Source: a virus (Duplodnaviria; Caudoviricetes). From it: DNA of 64,000 nucleotides. This document shows, one piece after another, positions 25,548 through 36,261 of this stretch. Numbering within the stretch: the stretch's first letter is position 1; each line of letters starts with the position of its first letter. The stretch covers positions 32,001 through 96,000 of the IMG/VR virus record IMGVR_UViG_3300000439_000004; one strand, given 5' to 3'. Under the pieces are notes generated by a model. The model was not told the origin of the DNA. It worked only from the letters and a program-made list of their open reading frames with translations, and did not search any database. Both the position numbers and the translations under genes were made by a program.

Positions 25548-26768
25548 TTATTTTTTGGAGATGGTTAATTTGTCTGTTTTATAACGTATTGTTATTTGAC
25601 CATCTTCAATAACATTACCTCTTAAAATTTCTTCACTCAAGAAGTCTTCGCAAAGGTTTTGTATGATCCTTTTGATTGGTCTTGCACCATATTCTTCTTG
25701 GGTATTTAATTCAAAAATCTTATTTGTTACACTTTCATCAAATTTAATTTTATAACCCTTTTCTTTCAAACGATCATTTAATTTATTCAATTCGATAGAA
25801 ATAATTGATTTGATTGTTTCATCATTCAATGGATTGAATAATATTAAATCATCAATACGATTTAAGAATTCAGGTTTGAATTGTTGTTTCAATGATTTTT
25901 GAATCATTGTTTTTCTAACCTCATATCCTTGTTTTTCACTAGTGGCAGTTTTAAACCCTACACCACCACCAAAATCAGATACTTTCTTTGCCCCAACATT
26001 TGATGTCATGATAATGATGGTATTTGTGAAATTAACTTTTCTTCCAAAAGAATCTGTCAAATGACCTTCATCTAATATCTGAAGAAGTAAATTAAACACA
26101 TCAGGGTGAGCTTTCTCAATTTCATCAAATAATATAACTGAGAATGGGTTGTTTTTAACTTTTTCTGTTAATTGACCACCTTCATCATATCCAACATATC
26201 CGGGAGGAGAACCAATTAGTTTTGATACATTGTGTTTTTCCATAAATTCCGTCATATCAATCCTTATCATTTTATTTGGATCACCAAATAATATTTCCGC
26301 AATTGATTTTGCCAGATATGTGTTATGTGATAATATACCATTAGTATAATACCTTCTATTAGAACCTTCTATTAATTCAAGGTCATACATAATTTCCTCA
26401 TAACCTAAATTAGATATTTCTAACACTTCAGATTCAATCAATTTACCATCATTATCCGATACCATCACAAATGAACCAAATTTTAAGTCTTTAACAAATA
26501 CTTCGGTTAAACCAATTGGTTCAAATGTAGTTTCATCATAATCAATAAGAAAAATAATATGATTATCTGCACATTTAAGTTCTTTGCCGTCTTTTAATTT
26601 AAGATGATAAACTTCGTATGGTATTGTTTCATGAAGGGATTCTATATCAACAAACCCATCATCAGTTAAAACTTCATACTCACTAATTTTAGTTGTTTTA
26701 GTGATCTTTTTTAATGAATCAAGTTCATTTTTTACAATTAAGTTGTTTAATTTTTCTTTTTTTATCAT
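25548..26768 (-). CDS. Clp ATPase C-terminal part preceded by a 149-aa C-intein (26322-26768)
   Basis: CADNH...YYTNGILSHN/T then YLAKSIAE, DMTEF, ILFDEIEKAHPDV, GARP. Confidence 0.92.
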   Translation of the reverse strand: MIKKEKLNNLIVKNELDSLKKITKTTKISEYEVLTDDGFVDIESLHETIPYEVYHLKLKDGKELKCADNHIIFLIDYDETTFEPIGLTEVFVKDLKFGSFVMVSDNDGKLIESEVLEISNLGYEEIMYDLELIEGSNRRYYTNGILSHNTYLAKSIAEILFGDPNKMIRIDMTEFMEKHNVSKLIGSPPGYVGYDEGGQLTEKVKNNPFSVILFDEIEKAHPDVFNLLLQILDEGHLTDSFGRKVNFTNTIIIMTSNVGAKKVSDFGGGVGFKTATSEKQGYEVRKTMIQKSLKQQFKPEFLNRIDDLILFNPLNDETIKSIISIELNKLNDRLKEKGYKIKFDESVTNKIFELNTQEEYGARPIKRIIQNLCEDFLSEEILRGNVIEDGQITIRYKTDKLTISKK

Positions 26769-26794
26769 TTGTTTAATTTTTTACAAATATACGT

Positions 26795-28012
26795 TTATTT
26801 TTTTAAAAATAATAAACATTTTTTTAATACTTCTTCTTTATTACCCCATCTATATTCGGAATCCCATATAACTAAAACATCAAACCCATTTTGTTTTGCA
26901 CAATTTAATTTTAATTCATCTTTATCCCACATCTCTTGTGCTGTAATGGTTTTTATAAACGGATGTGGATAATCATCAGCTTTATATTTATTTGGATTTC
27001 CATGAAACATATCACCATGAAATTCAATTATCCGTTTATTTTTAATATCGGTAAAATCATATAACCAAACACCACCTTCTTTTTTAGTTAATTTAAACTC
27101 ACTATTATGTGTTGCGAAATGAACTTTATCCCTATTACTAATATCATATGTTTCTAAAATTTTATAGAACAAATCTTGAGATATTTTAGAATATCCAATA
27201 ACTATATTACCATTGGTTAATAACGATTTTAACCATTTATTTTGTCTTTCAGTAAAACGTTTTTTACCTTCTTCTTCACCATACTTTGCAATGCATTTTT
27301 CAAGACTAAAAGTTGACTGATGTTCTGATACATTTTGTTTTGCATCTTCTTTTGAATAACCTTTATTAACCCAATATTCTATATTGGATGGAATTAGTCT
27401 TTTTTCAAAATCAACTTGTTTCGCAGATTCAGTTTGGTTTTTACTAATAATGTCTTTTGCCTCATTTTCAGAACACCCCTTATTAACCCAGAATTCAGAA
27501 TTTGTTGGTGTTAAACAAATACGTTTTATTTCTTCTTCGGTGTAACCTTTATCAGCTAACATTTTTTTAGATTTACCATGATAAGTTTTAACACATTTAG
27601 ATGATTTTTGTTGCTGTTTAGATATTTCTTTATTAGCTTCTTCTATAGAATAACCCTTATTTATCCAATATTCCTTACATAAACGATTCCTTTGTTTTAA
27701 TTCTTCATTACGTTTATCCAATTCAACCAAAGCGTCTTTATCATTCCAACCACGTTCAATCCAATATCCTAATTCTCCCCATTTTTTAGTTTTAAAACCA
27801 TAATTTTTAACCAACCAACCACGCATTAACGATAACGAAACAACACCTTCTTGTTCTTGTAATTTAATTATTAATGATTCCATTTCTTTTTTAATCGTTT
27901 CATTATCGTAGCGTATGTTTTTATCTAATTTTAAAACATGGTCTTTAAACGTTTCTAAATCTGGAAACACTTCAGTCACTTCTTTAATTCCTTTACTTGT
28001 TTTTATCTTCAT
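26795..28012 (-). CDS. Free-standing Vsr/DUF559-like endonuclease between split-intein halves
   Basis: Repeated YWINKGYS; YDF...IIEFHGDMFH...VIWDSE motifs. Confidence 0.8.
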   Translation of the reverse strand: MKIKTSKGIKEVTEVFPDLETFKDHVLKLDKNIRYDNETIKKEMESLIIKLQEQEGVVSLSLMRGWLVKNYGFKTKKWGELGYWIERGWNDKDALVELDKRNEELKQRNRLCKEYWINKGYSIEEANKEISKQQQKSSKCVKTYHGKSKKMLADKGYTEEEIKRICLTPTNSEFWVNKGCSENEAKDIISKNQTESAKQVDFEKRLIPSNIEYWVNKGYSKEDAKQNVSEHQSTFSLEKCIAKYGEEEGKKRFTERQNKWLKSLLTNGNIVIGYSKISQDLFYKILETYDISNRDKVHFATHNSEFKLTKKEGGVWLYDFTDIKNKRIIEFHGDMFHGNPNKYKADDYPHPFIKTITAQEMWDKDELKLNCAKQNGFDVLVIWDSEYRWGNKEEVLKKCLLFLKK

Positions 28013-28058
28013 GACATATATTTTATAATAAATATCATGAAGTTTTAAAAAGTTAGGA

Positions 28059-29396
28059 CTAATTGGTGTCGGGTACTATATTTTTTATATCAATCGTTTT
28101 TATCTCACCAGTTACTTTGTTTCTAACAGTTATTTTTGTATCACCACAAATACACTTACCAACACCAGTAGAACCTAAGAACATAAATGAACCGATTGGT
28201 TTATTTGTATCTTTAATTCCCACTCTATTTCTTCTGATAGATTTTGCAATTATTGAAATTGCTTCTTCTTGACCGATAACTTTCTTATTAAGAATTTCTT
28301 CCATCTTTAAAAGTTTTTCAGTTTCCTTATTGTCAAGTTTTGCAATCGGAACACCGGTCATTTCTGTTATGATATGATAAACATCATCAACTGAAATTAC
28401 TTTTTTATTTAATTTACATTCTTCCTCAAATTTGGCTTTGATTTCAATTATTTTATTTGCCAATTTCTTTCCTTCATCTCTCAATCTTGCTGCATCTTCA
28501 AAATTCTGACTTCTTACAACCAATTTCTTTTGCTCATTGATTTTTTCAATTTCAGCATTAATTTTATCAACTTCTTCTGGTAGTTTTGTTGAGATCTTCT
28601 TTTCAGAACCCAATTCATCCATGATATCAATTGATTTATCAGGGAATTGTCTATCTGTAATAAATCTACCAGACAATTTAACAATGGTTTCTATAACATT
28701 ATCATTATATGATACCATATGGAAATTCTCATAAGAAGTTTTTAAGTTCTTTAAGATTTCTATTGTTTCCAATTCTGTTGGTTCATTAAGAATAATCTTT
28801 TGGAATCTTCTTACCAAAGCAGAATCTTTTTCGATATGTTTTTTATATTCATCGAAAGTCGTTGCTCCGATGCATTGTATTTCACCACGTGCCAAAGCGG
28901 GTTTAAGGATATTTGCTGCATCCATTGCACCACTTGCATTACCAGCACCTACCATTGTATGTAATTCATCAATGAATACAATAACGTTGGTAACACCTTC
29001 CAATTCATTTAAGATTGCTTTAATACGTTCTTCAAATTGTCCTCTGTATTTTGTACCAGCAACTAATGAGGTTAAATCCAAGGACATGATTCTTTTATCT
29101 AATAGATTAGAAGGACAATCACCTTTATATATCATTAGTGCAAGTTTTTCAACTAATGCAGATTTACCAACACCCGCATCACCAACAATAACTGCATTGT
29201 TCTTCTTCTTACGAGATAGAATTTGTGCAATACGTTTAACTTCTAAATCTCTACCTATAATAGGGTCAATCTTTCCTTCCTCTGCCAACTTAACAAGGTC
29301 TCTGGAAAAATTATCCAAAATAGGTGTGTTTGAACCCTTCTTAGTTTTTTTAGGGTTAGTGGGTTGTTGACCCTCTTCGTAATAATCTACTGACAT
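28059..29396 (-). CDS. ClpA/B/C-family ATPase N-terminal part ending in a 31-aa N-intein (28062-28154)
   Basis: GDAGVGKS, FIDELH, UVR-like linker, second Walker A GSTGVGK/CICGDT. Confidence 0.92.
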   Translation of the reverse strand: MSVDYYEEGQQPTNPKKTKKGSNTPILDNFSRDLVKLAEEGKIDPIIGRDLEVKRIAQILSRKKKNNAVIVGDAGVGKSALVEKLALMIYKGDCPSNLLDKRIMSLDLTSLVAGTKYRGQFEERIKAILNELEGVTNVIVFIDELHTMVGAGNASGAMDAANILKPALARGEIQCIGATTFDEYKKHIEKDSALVRRFQKIILNEPTELETIEILKNLKTSYENFHMVSYNDNVIETIVKLSGRFITDRQFPDKSIDIMDELGSEKKISTKLPEEVDKINAEIEKINEQKKLVVRSQNFEDAARLRDEGKKLANKIIEIKAKFEEECKLNKKVISVDDVYHIITEMTGVPIAKLDNKETEKLLKMEEILNKKVIGQEEAISIIAKSIRRNRVGIKDTNKPIGSFMFLGSTGVGKCICGDTKITVRNKVTGEIKTIDIKNIVPDTN

Positions 29397-29549
29397 AATT
29401 AAAATTTTATTTGTGCAAACATAACCCAAAAAATAATCCAAACAAAATATTTTTTTATTTTTGTCAAATTGTCAAACATATATGTCAAAAAGTCCATTTT
29501 TTTTATTTGGTATTTAAATTGATAATTTATGAGAAAAAATTAATAAATT

Positions 29550-29921
29550 ATGTTAACAAGAATCAGAAGTCCATTTTTTGACACATTAGAGTCAATTTTA
29601 GAACAAACTAACTTCAATGAGAGAAGTTATAATTCCTCAATAACTAATGTAACAGAGGATAATTATCAGGTTTTAGTATCAGTTCCCGGTTTATCTAAGG
29701 ATGATATTAAAATCACGATTAAGGATGGTTTATTAACCGTTTCTTATGATAAACCAAAGGAAAGTAAAAATCCATTTGTTGGATCATTTAAGAAGACATT
29801 CTCATTACCGGAGGATGGGGATGAGGGTAATATTACTGGAAAGGTCGAGAACGGGGTGGTGGAAATTTCAATTCCTAAAGTTCAGAAAAAATCCACAGAA
29901 CGTATAATTGTGGTTAAATAA
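29550..29921 (+). CDS. Small heat shock protein Hsp20
   Basis: VPGLSKDDIKI...F.LP...NGVVEISIPK motif. Confidence 0.9.
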   Translation: MLTRIRSPFFDTLESILEQTNFNERSYNSSITNVTEDNYQVLVSVPGLSKDDIKITIKDGLLTVSYDKPKESKNPFVGSFKKTFSLPEDGDEGNITGKVENGVVEISIPKVQKKSTERIIVVK

Positions 29922-29959
29922 GTTAAAACCCTCAATAAAATGATGGTTTTTTTTATTTA

Positions 29960-30706
29960 ATGGGATATTTATATAAAAAAATATTAATGAAAAAATCTGC
30001 ATTGAATGAGGAAATAGTTAGAATCAAGAGTATGATGTCTAAACTAATGAATGAACAAAGTACACCTAATCCAACTATAGTAAAAAATTTGGGTAATATA
30101 TTAAAATCAGTTCAAAGTAATAATGGTGTTATAAAAGACCCTAATAGTATGTATAATGGTCAATCAATTGTGGATCTTTATAACAATAATACATTATCTG
30201 ATGCTGATTTTAAAGCTGCATTAGAATATAATAAAACTGGTACAATACCGACAACTACTTCAACACAAACAGCTCAAACAGAACCACAAGAAAAAGGTTA
30301 TAATTATAAAGTTAAGACAATTGCAAAATGGTTAAAAACTGTTGGTGATACTAATGGAGTAATTAAAGACCCAACTAGTATTTACAATGGTAAGTCATTA
30401 TATGATCTTATGAATAATGATAAGTCTTTTGCGGATGCTGTTTCAACTGCATCAGATTATAATAAAACAGGAAATATTACCCCATATAATTCACCTGAAC
30501 CTGAAACAATATATCAAGTAAGTGATAGAATTAAAGAAATTGCAGGATGGTTAAAAACAAATCCAGATGGTACTATGATAAGTGGTCCATTTAAAGGTCA
30601 GACATTCCAAGAAATGTTAGGTTCACCTAATCGTCCTTCTGGTGCTGAATTAAATGCCGCAAGTAAATATAATGAGTTAATAAAAAAAAGTAACATTAAA
30701 AATTAA
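29960..30706 (+). CDS. Hypothetical protein with three internal repeats, probably virion-associated
   Basis: Repeats such as NGVIKDP.S.YNG.S..DL. Confidence 0.7.
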   Translation: MGYLYKKILMKKSALNEEIVRIKSMMSKLMNEQSTPNPTIVKNLGNILKSVQSNNGVIKDPNSMYNGQSIVDLYNNNTLSDADFKAALEYNKTGTIPTTTSTQTAQTEPQEKGYNYKVKTIAKWLKTVGDTNGVIKDPTSIYNGKSLYDLMNNDKSFADAVSTASDYNKTGNITPYNSPEPETIYQVSDRIKEIAGWLKTNPDGTMISGPFKGQTFQEMLGSPNRPSGAELNAASKYNELIKKSNIKN

Positions 30707-30793
30707 AATAATCTAAATTAACATATTAAACCCTCCAATAATGGAGGGTTTTTTATTTAATAATATTTTACTATCTTTATAAAAAACAAATTT

Positions 30794-31036
30794 ATGGCAA
30801 TTTTAAAAGAAACAATTAATGGTGTTATGATTGAGGTTGATATTAATTCAACTAACTTAAAAAATGGAAAATATAACACACAAACAGAGGATTTAACGAT
30901 GACATTCAATAATGGAAGTATTTATGAATATAATAAAGTTCCTTGGGATTTATTCACCAAATTTAGATTGGCAGAATCTCATGGTAAATTCTTTAACGAG
31001 AATATTGCAAGAAAATTTACTTATAAAAAACTATAA
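30794..31036 (+). CDS. KTSC domain protein
   Basis: STN...F.NGSIYEY..VP...AESHGKFFNENI motif. Confidence 0.88.
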   Translation: MAILKETINGVMIEVDINSTNLKNGKYNTQTEDLTMTFNNGSIYEYNKVPWDLFTKFRLAESHGKFFNENIARKFTYKKL

Positions 31037-31782
31037 TGAAATTATTTGAAGAATTAATAGAAGATAAGGAATTAGACAAGAAGATTGTTAATACATTTAG
31101 GATGAAGAATTCTTTATGTCAGGACATATTTAACGGAACATCAATGAAAGATGATGTTAAAAATTCTCTTATAAAAATTTCAGATAATTTTATTGATTCT
31201 TTGGGTATTGAATTTTTCATACATGACGTTATTTTAACCGGGTCATTAGCAAATTATAATTGGTCTGAGTATTCTGATGTTGATTTACATATTTTAATTG
31301 ATTTTAAGGAAACTGATTATAATTTGGATATGTTAAAAGAATTCTTTGATGCAAAAAAAGATATTTGGAACGAACAACATAAAATAACAATTAAAGGTTT
31401 TGATGTTGAAATATATGTTCAAGATGTAAATGAGGAACACGTATCTTCTGGTGTTTATTCTGTACTTCATAATAAATGGATAGTTAAACCAAATAGAAAA
31501 AACCCTAATATTGACGATAATAAAATTCTTAACAAATCAGAGGAGTTAGCAAAGAAAATAGATGATTTAATTGATAAATCAAAAGAGGGTAAAGATGTGT
31601 CTAAAGAACTTGAAAAATTAAGAAAAAAAATAAAAAAGTTCAGACAAACCGGATTAACTGATGGTGGTGAATTTTCTTATGAGAATTTAACATTCAAATT
31701 GTTGAGAAGAAATGGATATATTGGGAAACTTTTGGAATTAAAAAATAAAATAACAGACAATAAATTGTCCATAACACAATAA
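31036..31782 (+). CDS. Pol-beta superfamily nucleotidyltransferase
   Basis: GSLANYNWSEYSDVDLH motif. Confidence 0.75.
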   Translation: MKLFEELIEDKELDKKIVNTFRMKNSLCQDIFNGTSMKDDVKNSLIKISDNFIDSLGIEFFIHDVILTGSLANYNWSEYSDVDLHILIDFKETDYNLDMLKEFFDAKKDIWNEQHKITIKGFDVEIYVQDVNEEHVSSGVYSVLHNKWIVKPNRKNPNIDDNKILNKSEELAKKIDDLIDKSKEGKDVSKELEKLRKKIKKFRQTGLTDGGEFSYENLTFKLLRRNGYIGKLLELKNKITDNKLSITQ

Positions 31783-31859
31783 ATATCTTATTTTTTCATA
31801 TAATCAATGTATTTATATGATAAGAATAAATCTATTTATTTAATTAAAATTAAAAAAAA

Positions 31860-33038
31860 ATGGCAGAGTACAAACCACTAGGTAGTGAAAAGTTAGACGG
31901 AGATGATAAATTAAAAAGAATTCTCGAATTAACTTACTACAATACGAATAAGAAAACATCTTCAAATAAACCAGAATTAGTTGAGTCATCAGTTAAGGGT
32001 GGAATTTATGGTATCGTTAAAGAAAACGGTAGCTATTATATTAAACAAGGTTTAAATGAACAATCACTTGATTATATTGGTGGTATGTTTATGAAGAATA
32101 AGAACAGATTTAGTTCTTATGCTGAAGCATATAAAAAACTTGAATTTTTAAGAGGTCAAGAAAATTTGCAAGAAGCAACAAAATATGTTCTAAAACAATC
32201 TAAACCTCAACAAGAAGCTCCAATGGCAGCGCCATCAATGGACGCTCCACCACCTCCTCCTCCTGCACCAACAGATGCACCTCCTGCAGCACCAACTGAT
32301 ACCGCACCTGATGATAGTATGGATACACCTCCATCACCTGAAACTGGTGATGAACCAACTGGTGATGAAGATAATCAAGAAAGTAAACGTTCTGACTATA
32401 TGGCGGAAATACAAAAATTTTCAGGTAAACTTGGTCAAGAATTGAGAGATCAACATCAAAAAATGGAAAGTGATGATATTAAGTATGTTCTTAATATGAT
32501 TATATCTGCGGTTGATTTGGATAAATTACATGATAAAGATAGAAAAAAGATTGCGAAAGAATTTGAACCAGAAGAAGAGGATGATTATAGATCAAATGAT
32601 ACAACAACACCTGAAGAACCTGAAGATGATGTTCCAACTGAACCAACACCAGGTGGTGATTCAGAATTAGGTGAAGGTATTGATATGTTAGATGAATTTG
32701 TCAATACACCAATAGAAACTGATGAAATTGATTTATCAAACTATGCTTTTGATGAGTTGGAAGAACAAGGTGAAGATAAAACCCATTATGATGATGAAGA
32801 TGATTATGATGATTGGGAAAAAAATCCATATAGAGACGAACATGATATGTTAGGTGATAAAGAATGGGATGAAGATGAATTGGAAGACAATCCATTTATA
32901 GATAATGGATCAGATGATGAGGAAGATTATCCAAATCCAGACGAAGAGGATGACATTCAAGAAATTGATTTAGATGAAATTAAAAATGAAATAAACAAAC
33001 ATATTACATCAACACTAGGGAAATACTTTAAATCATAA
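31860..33038 (+). CDS. Acidic/Pro-rich hypothetical head-module protein
   Basis: 392 aa ORF. Confidence 0.75.
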   Translation: MAEYKPLGSEKLDGDDKLKRILELTYYNTNKKTSSNKPELVESSVKGGIYGIVKENGSYYIKQGLNEQSLDYIGGMFMKNKNRFSSYAEAYKKLEFLRGQENLQEATKYVLKQSKPQQEAPMAAPSMDAPPPPPPAPTDAPPAAPTDTAPDDSMDTPPSPETGDEPTGDEDNQESKRSDYMAEIQKFSGKLGQELRDQHQKMESDDIKYVLNMIISAVDLDKLHDKDRKKIAKEFEPEEEDDYRSNDTTTPEEPEDDVPTEPTPGGDSELGEGIDMLDEFVNTPIETDEIDLSNYAFDELEEQGEDKTHYDDEDDYDDWEKNPYRDEHDMLGDKEWDEDELEDNPFIDNGSDDEEDYPNPDEEDDIQEIDLDEIKNEINKHITSTLGKYFKS

Positions 33039-33436
33039 TGAATTTATTATACATCAACCAAATTGGTTCAGATTATAAAGGTCAAAAACAATATGAGTTT
33101 ATTTTCAGTAAATCTACTGAGATTGAGGTTGAGGAATGGTTTATAGTGCCGGCATCATCTTCAAGTTATCCAATGTCTCCGGGTGTTGAATATATAGATC
33201 TTGTGGGTTTATTAAAAAATACAGATATTGACTTAGAACTTATTCAAAACTCCGATTATTTCGGAGTTATTGATGCTGTGGATGGTGTGGTATCTTTAGG
33301 TTGGGAAAAATTTGATTTTGATTCTGAATATCAAAGATTAAGTTTTAAATTTGGAGAATCTTTAGATTCAGTTACAAAAAAATTAAATTCAAGGGGACAC
33401 GAATTAATAAAAGAAGAAATAAAAATTGAAATATAA
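33038..33436 (+). CDS. Hypothetical protein
   Basis: 132 aa ORF, coupled to neighbours. Confidence 0.7.
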   Translation: MNLLYINQIGSDYKGQKQYEFIFSKSTEIEVEEWFIVPASSSSYPMSPGVEYIDLVGLLKNTDIDLELIQNSDYFGVIDAVDGVVSLGWEKFDFDSEYQRLSFKFGESLDSVTKKLNSRGHELIKEEIKIEI

Positions 33437-34722
33437 TGAAAAGAAATGAATTAGTTGGTATCCTTATGAATGAAGGATTTTCCGAAAAGACTTTGGTTAA
33501 TTTTAGTGATAAACAACTTGTTACATTAGCAAGTAGAATACTATCAGAACAAACAACAGTCCCAACATTAAAAATACCTAAAGGTTCTCCACAAGAAAAA
33601 GATGCAATGAATAAAAAACAATCTTTTATTGCATATGAAAATGAATTAAAAGGTGGACAAAAGAAATTAGATAAGAATCATAATGGAAAAATTGATGGTC
33701 AAGATTTTAAAATTTTGAGAGGTCAGAAAAAATCTGATATAGAAGAAGTTAAAAAAAATACACCAAAAAAGAAATCAGAAACAATTTATGATAAGGCGTT
33801 AAAACATTATGGTGGTGAAAAAGGTGTATTAAAAATGTTTGATAAAGAAGCAAAAAGAATTGGAATTAAATCTAAAAGTGAAGTAAAGGAAGATGAAAAA
33901 TGGATTCAAAAGGCAATTAATCCTGCTAAGAAAGGTGCTTTGAAAAAGGCATTACATGTTCCACAAGATGAAAAAATACCAGCAAGTAAATTAAATGCCG
34001 CAGCAAAAAAAGGTGGTAAATTGGGTCAAAGAGCAAGACTTGCAAAAACATTAAGAAAACTTGATGAGTCTAATTCTGAATTAAATGCTAAACGTAATTT
34101 ACAATATGAATTAAGTGAAGCTGGTTGTTCTTCTGAAGATTTAAATACAAAGGATATTAATGAATTGGCAGATAAGTTTTCAAAAAAATCTCAAGGTGTA
34201 AAATCAGCACATGATTATTACAAGAGAGTTACTGGAAAAGATATGTCAAAAATCAACGAAAATTTGGCAATTAAGAAATGGGTTCGTACATTAGCTGAAA
34301 ATAATTATCATTCATTCACATCAAAAAAAGAAATTATGAATTTAATCAGCGAAAAAATGAACGGTGCGGAAACAATGCAACCAATGCCAGCAAAAGCAAA
34401 AAAAGGACACAATGGTATTCCTGAATTTATGACTTATGATGCAATTAAATCATCAGGTAGTCCAGCAGTTGCTCCAACGAAACCAAAAACAAAACCCGGT
34501 ACAAAACCTGCACAACCGACAAAACCAAAGAAAACCCCATTTAATCCAGGACCAAAGGAAAACCCAGGACCTTCTGCAATGAGAGAAAACAGTCCAGCAG
34601 TTGCACCAACAAAACCAAAAACAAAGCCTGTTACAAAACCTTCAACTCCAAGTAAACCGAAAAAAACTCCGTTTAACCCAGGACCAAAGGAAAATCCAGG
34701 ACCTTCTGCTCATAAGAAATAA
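33436..34722 (+). CDS. Basic mosaic protein (EF-hand-like loop, duplicated Pro/Lys tail), probable internal head protein
   Basis: LDKNHNGKIDGQDF; two copies of SPAVAPTKPKTKP...PFNPGPKENPGPSA. Confidence 0.7.
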   Translation: MKRNELVGILMNEGFSEKTLVNFSDKQLVTLASRILSEQTTVPTLKIPKGSPQEKDAMNKKQSFIAYENELKGGQKKLDKNHNGKIDGQDFKILRGQKKSDIEEVKKNTPKKKSETIYDKALKHYGGEKGVLKMFDKEAKRIGIKSKSEVKEDEKWIQKAINPAKKGALKKALHVPQDEKIPASKLNAAAKKGGKLGQRARLAKTLRKLDESNSELNAKRNLQYELSEAGCSSEDLNTKDINELADKFSKKSQGVKSAHDYYKRVTGKDMSKINENLAIKKWVRTLAENNYHSFTSKKEIMNLISEKMNGAETMQPMPAKAKKGHNGIPEFMTYDAIKSSGSPAVAPTKPKTKPGTKPAQPTKPKKTPFNPGPKENPGPSAMRENSPAVAPTKPKTKPVTKPSTPSKPKKTPFNPGPKENPGPSAHKK

Positions 34723-34747
34723 TGATAAAAAAAATATTTTTAGTAAA

Positions 34748-36196
34748 ATGCACATAACTAAACAAAACTTACTATCTTTGCTGAAACAAAATTTAAATGA
34801 AATGGCAATGGACTTCGATTCGGCGGATAGACCACATAGTGATATTACCCGTACATTATCAACTGGTAATACACCAATAAAGAAAGTACCTCTACCAAAA
34901 ACCGGTAGAGAACCAAATCAAAACTTCCAAGAGTTATTAGCATCAGAACGTTATAAAGAAGTAATTAGTAATGTTAGACGTTATACTGGTATTCAAGATA
35001 CCCTTGGGTCTAATCCTAATATGAGACTAATGCGTATGATGATGGATGCTCATAATCAGATTATTCGTATTGAAAGGGATCATAAACAAGAACTTACACA
35101 ATTAGCAATTGATATTGTTAAAGAAGAAATGGGTATTGGTGAAGATGACGTTAATTTTGATGTTAAATTAGTTAACAACCAAGAAATCAATACAAATGAT
35201 TTTGAAAGGGGTCAACCAAATGAAACAAATCCAGAGGAACTAAATCCAGATGAATATGATGATGAAGAAGAAGATGATGAAGATCAACCTCAACAACCTC
35301 AACAACAAGGTAATAGAGAAGAAGAACAAATTTTCTTTAGTCTTGAAAGATTAAATATTGAAAGAGCTAGACAAAGATTATTAAATGCTATTATGCAAGG
35401 TGCATCTAAAAGAGGTCATTATTTATATCATACCGTTGAAGAAAGATTAAGACAAATTACTGGTTCAGATCAACTTATTAATCTTTATGGTATAATGATG
35501 TCAATTAATGATACAAATTATTGGCAGTTTGGTGATAATACAATATCAGATTTTCAAAGTTCTGTAGCAGGAACTGCAGATGTTATTATGCCAAGACCTG
35601 ATAATGATGAAGAAGGTGAAGAAGGTGAAGAGGGAGAAGAAGGTGAACAACATGACCCATCTAAACCAACAATTATTGTAAGAGGTGTTAATTTTCCGGT
35701 ATTGGTTCATGAATTAATTAAAGGTGCATTAAAAGTACTTACAGCACATGGTCAACCTGATTATGATAAACATCCAGAAGAAAGAGAATTATATAGACAG
35801 GTTAAAAAACATGAAAATACTTTAGAAAAAGAAATATGGGATTTGAGATTAGGACCATCAATATGGGCTAGATTAAGAGATTCTTTTCCTGATGAAGTTT
35901 TAGAAGAAAATAATAAAGATTTACAGAATTATTTATTAATGAATATCTTCTCACTTCCAGCAAAGAAATTCTTAGTGTTTATGAAAGAAGTCATATCTGG
36001 TTCAGATAGTGGAAAACGTTTAATCTCAACGATGGTAGAATCTATCAAACAAATGTTTAGAGATGAAGATTACCAATCCGCAATTGAAGGTTTTAATGAT
36101 GATTTAGATGATATTAGTGATGATACAGATGATGAAGATTTAGGTGACTTTTTAGGTGGTTTAGGAATATCTTTATCAGATGATGATGAAGATTAA
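34748..36196 (+). CDS. Hypothetical protein (HELIKG motif)
   Basis: Likely start MHITKQ at 34748. Confidence 0.7.
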   Translation: MHITKQNLLSLLKQNLNEMAMDFDSADRPHSDITRTLSTGNTPIKKVPLPKTGREPNQNFQELLASERYKEVISNVRRYTGIQDTLGSNPNMRLMRMMMDAHNQIIRIERDHKQELTQLAIDIVKEEMGIGEDDVNFDVKLVNNQEINTNDFERGQPNETNPEELNPDEYDDEEEDDEDQPQQPQQQGNREEEQIFFSLERLNIERARQRLLNAIMQGASKRGHYLYHTVEERLRQITGSDQLINLYGIMMSINDTNYWQFGDNTISDFQSSVAGTADVIMPRPDNDEEGEEGEEGEEGEQHDPSKPTIIVRGVNFPVLVHELIKGALKVLTAHGQPDYDKHPEERELYRQVKKHENTLEKEIWDLRLGPSIWARLRDSFPDEVLEENNKDLQNYLLMNIFSLPAKKFLVFMKEVISGSDSGKRLISTMVESIKQMFRDEDYQSAIEGFNDDLDDISDDTDDEDLGDFLGGLGISLSDDDED

Positions 36197-36261
36197 ATTA
36201 AAAAATAGATGGATATTAAAAGGTGGTAATTTTTTACCACCTTTTTTTTGTATTTATCTAT

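Noticed and set aside
28053-28061. Amber read-through joining the Clp halves
   Set aside because: The TAG is followed by TCC TAA, so read-through adds only two residues; joining needs trans-splicing.
34601-34747. N-terminal extension of ORF 34601..36196
   Set aside because: It overlaps the repeat tail of the upstream gene from a TTG; ATG at 34748 is the plausible start.
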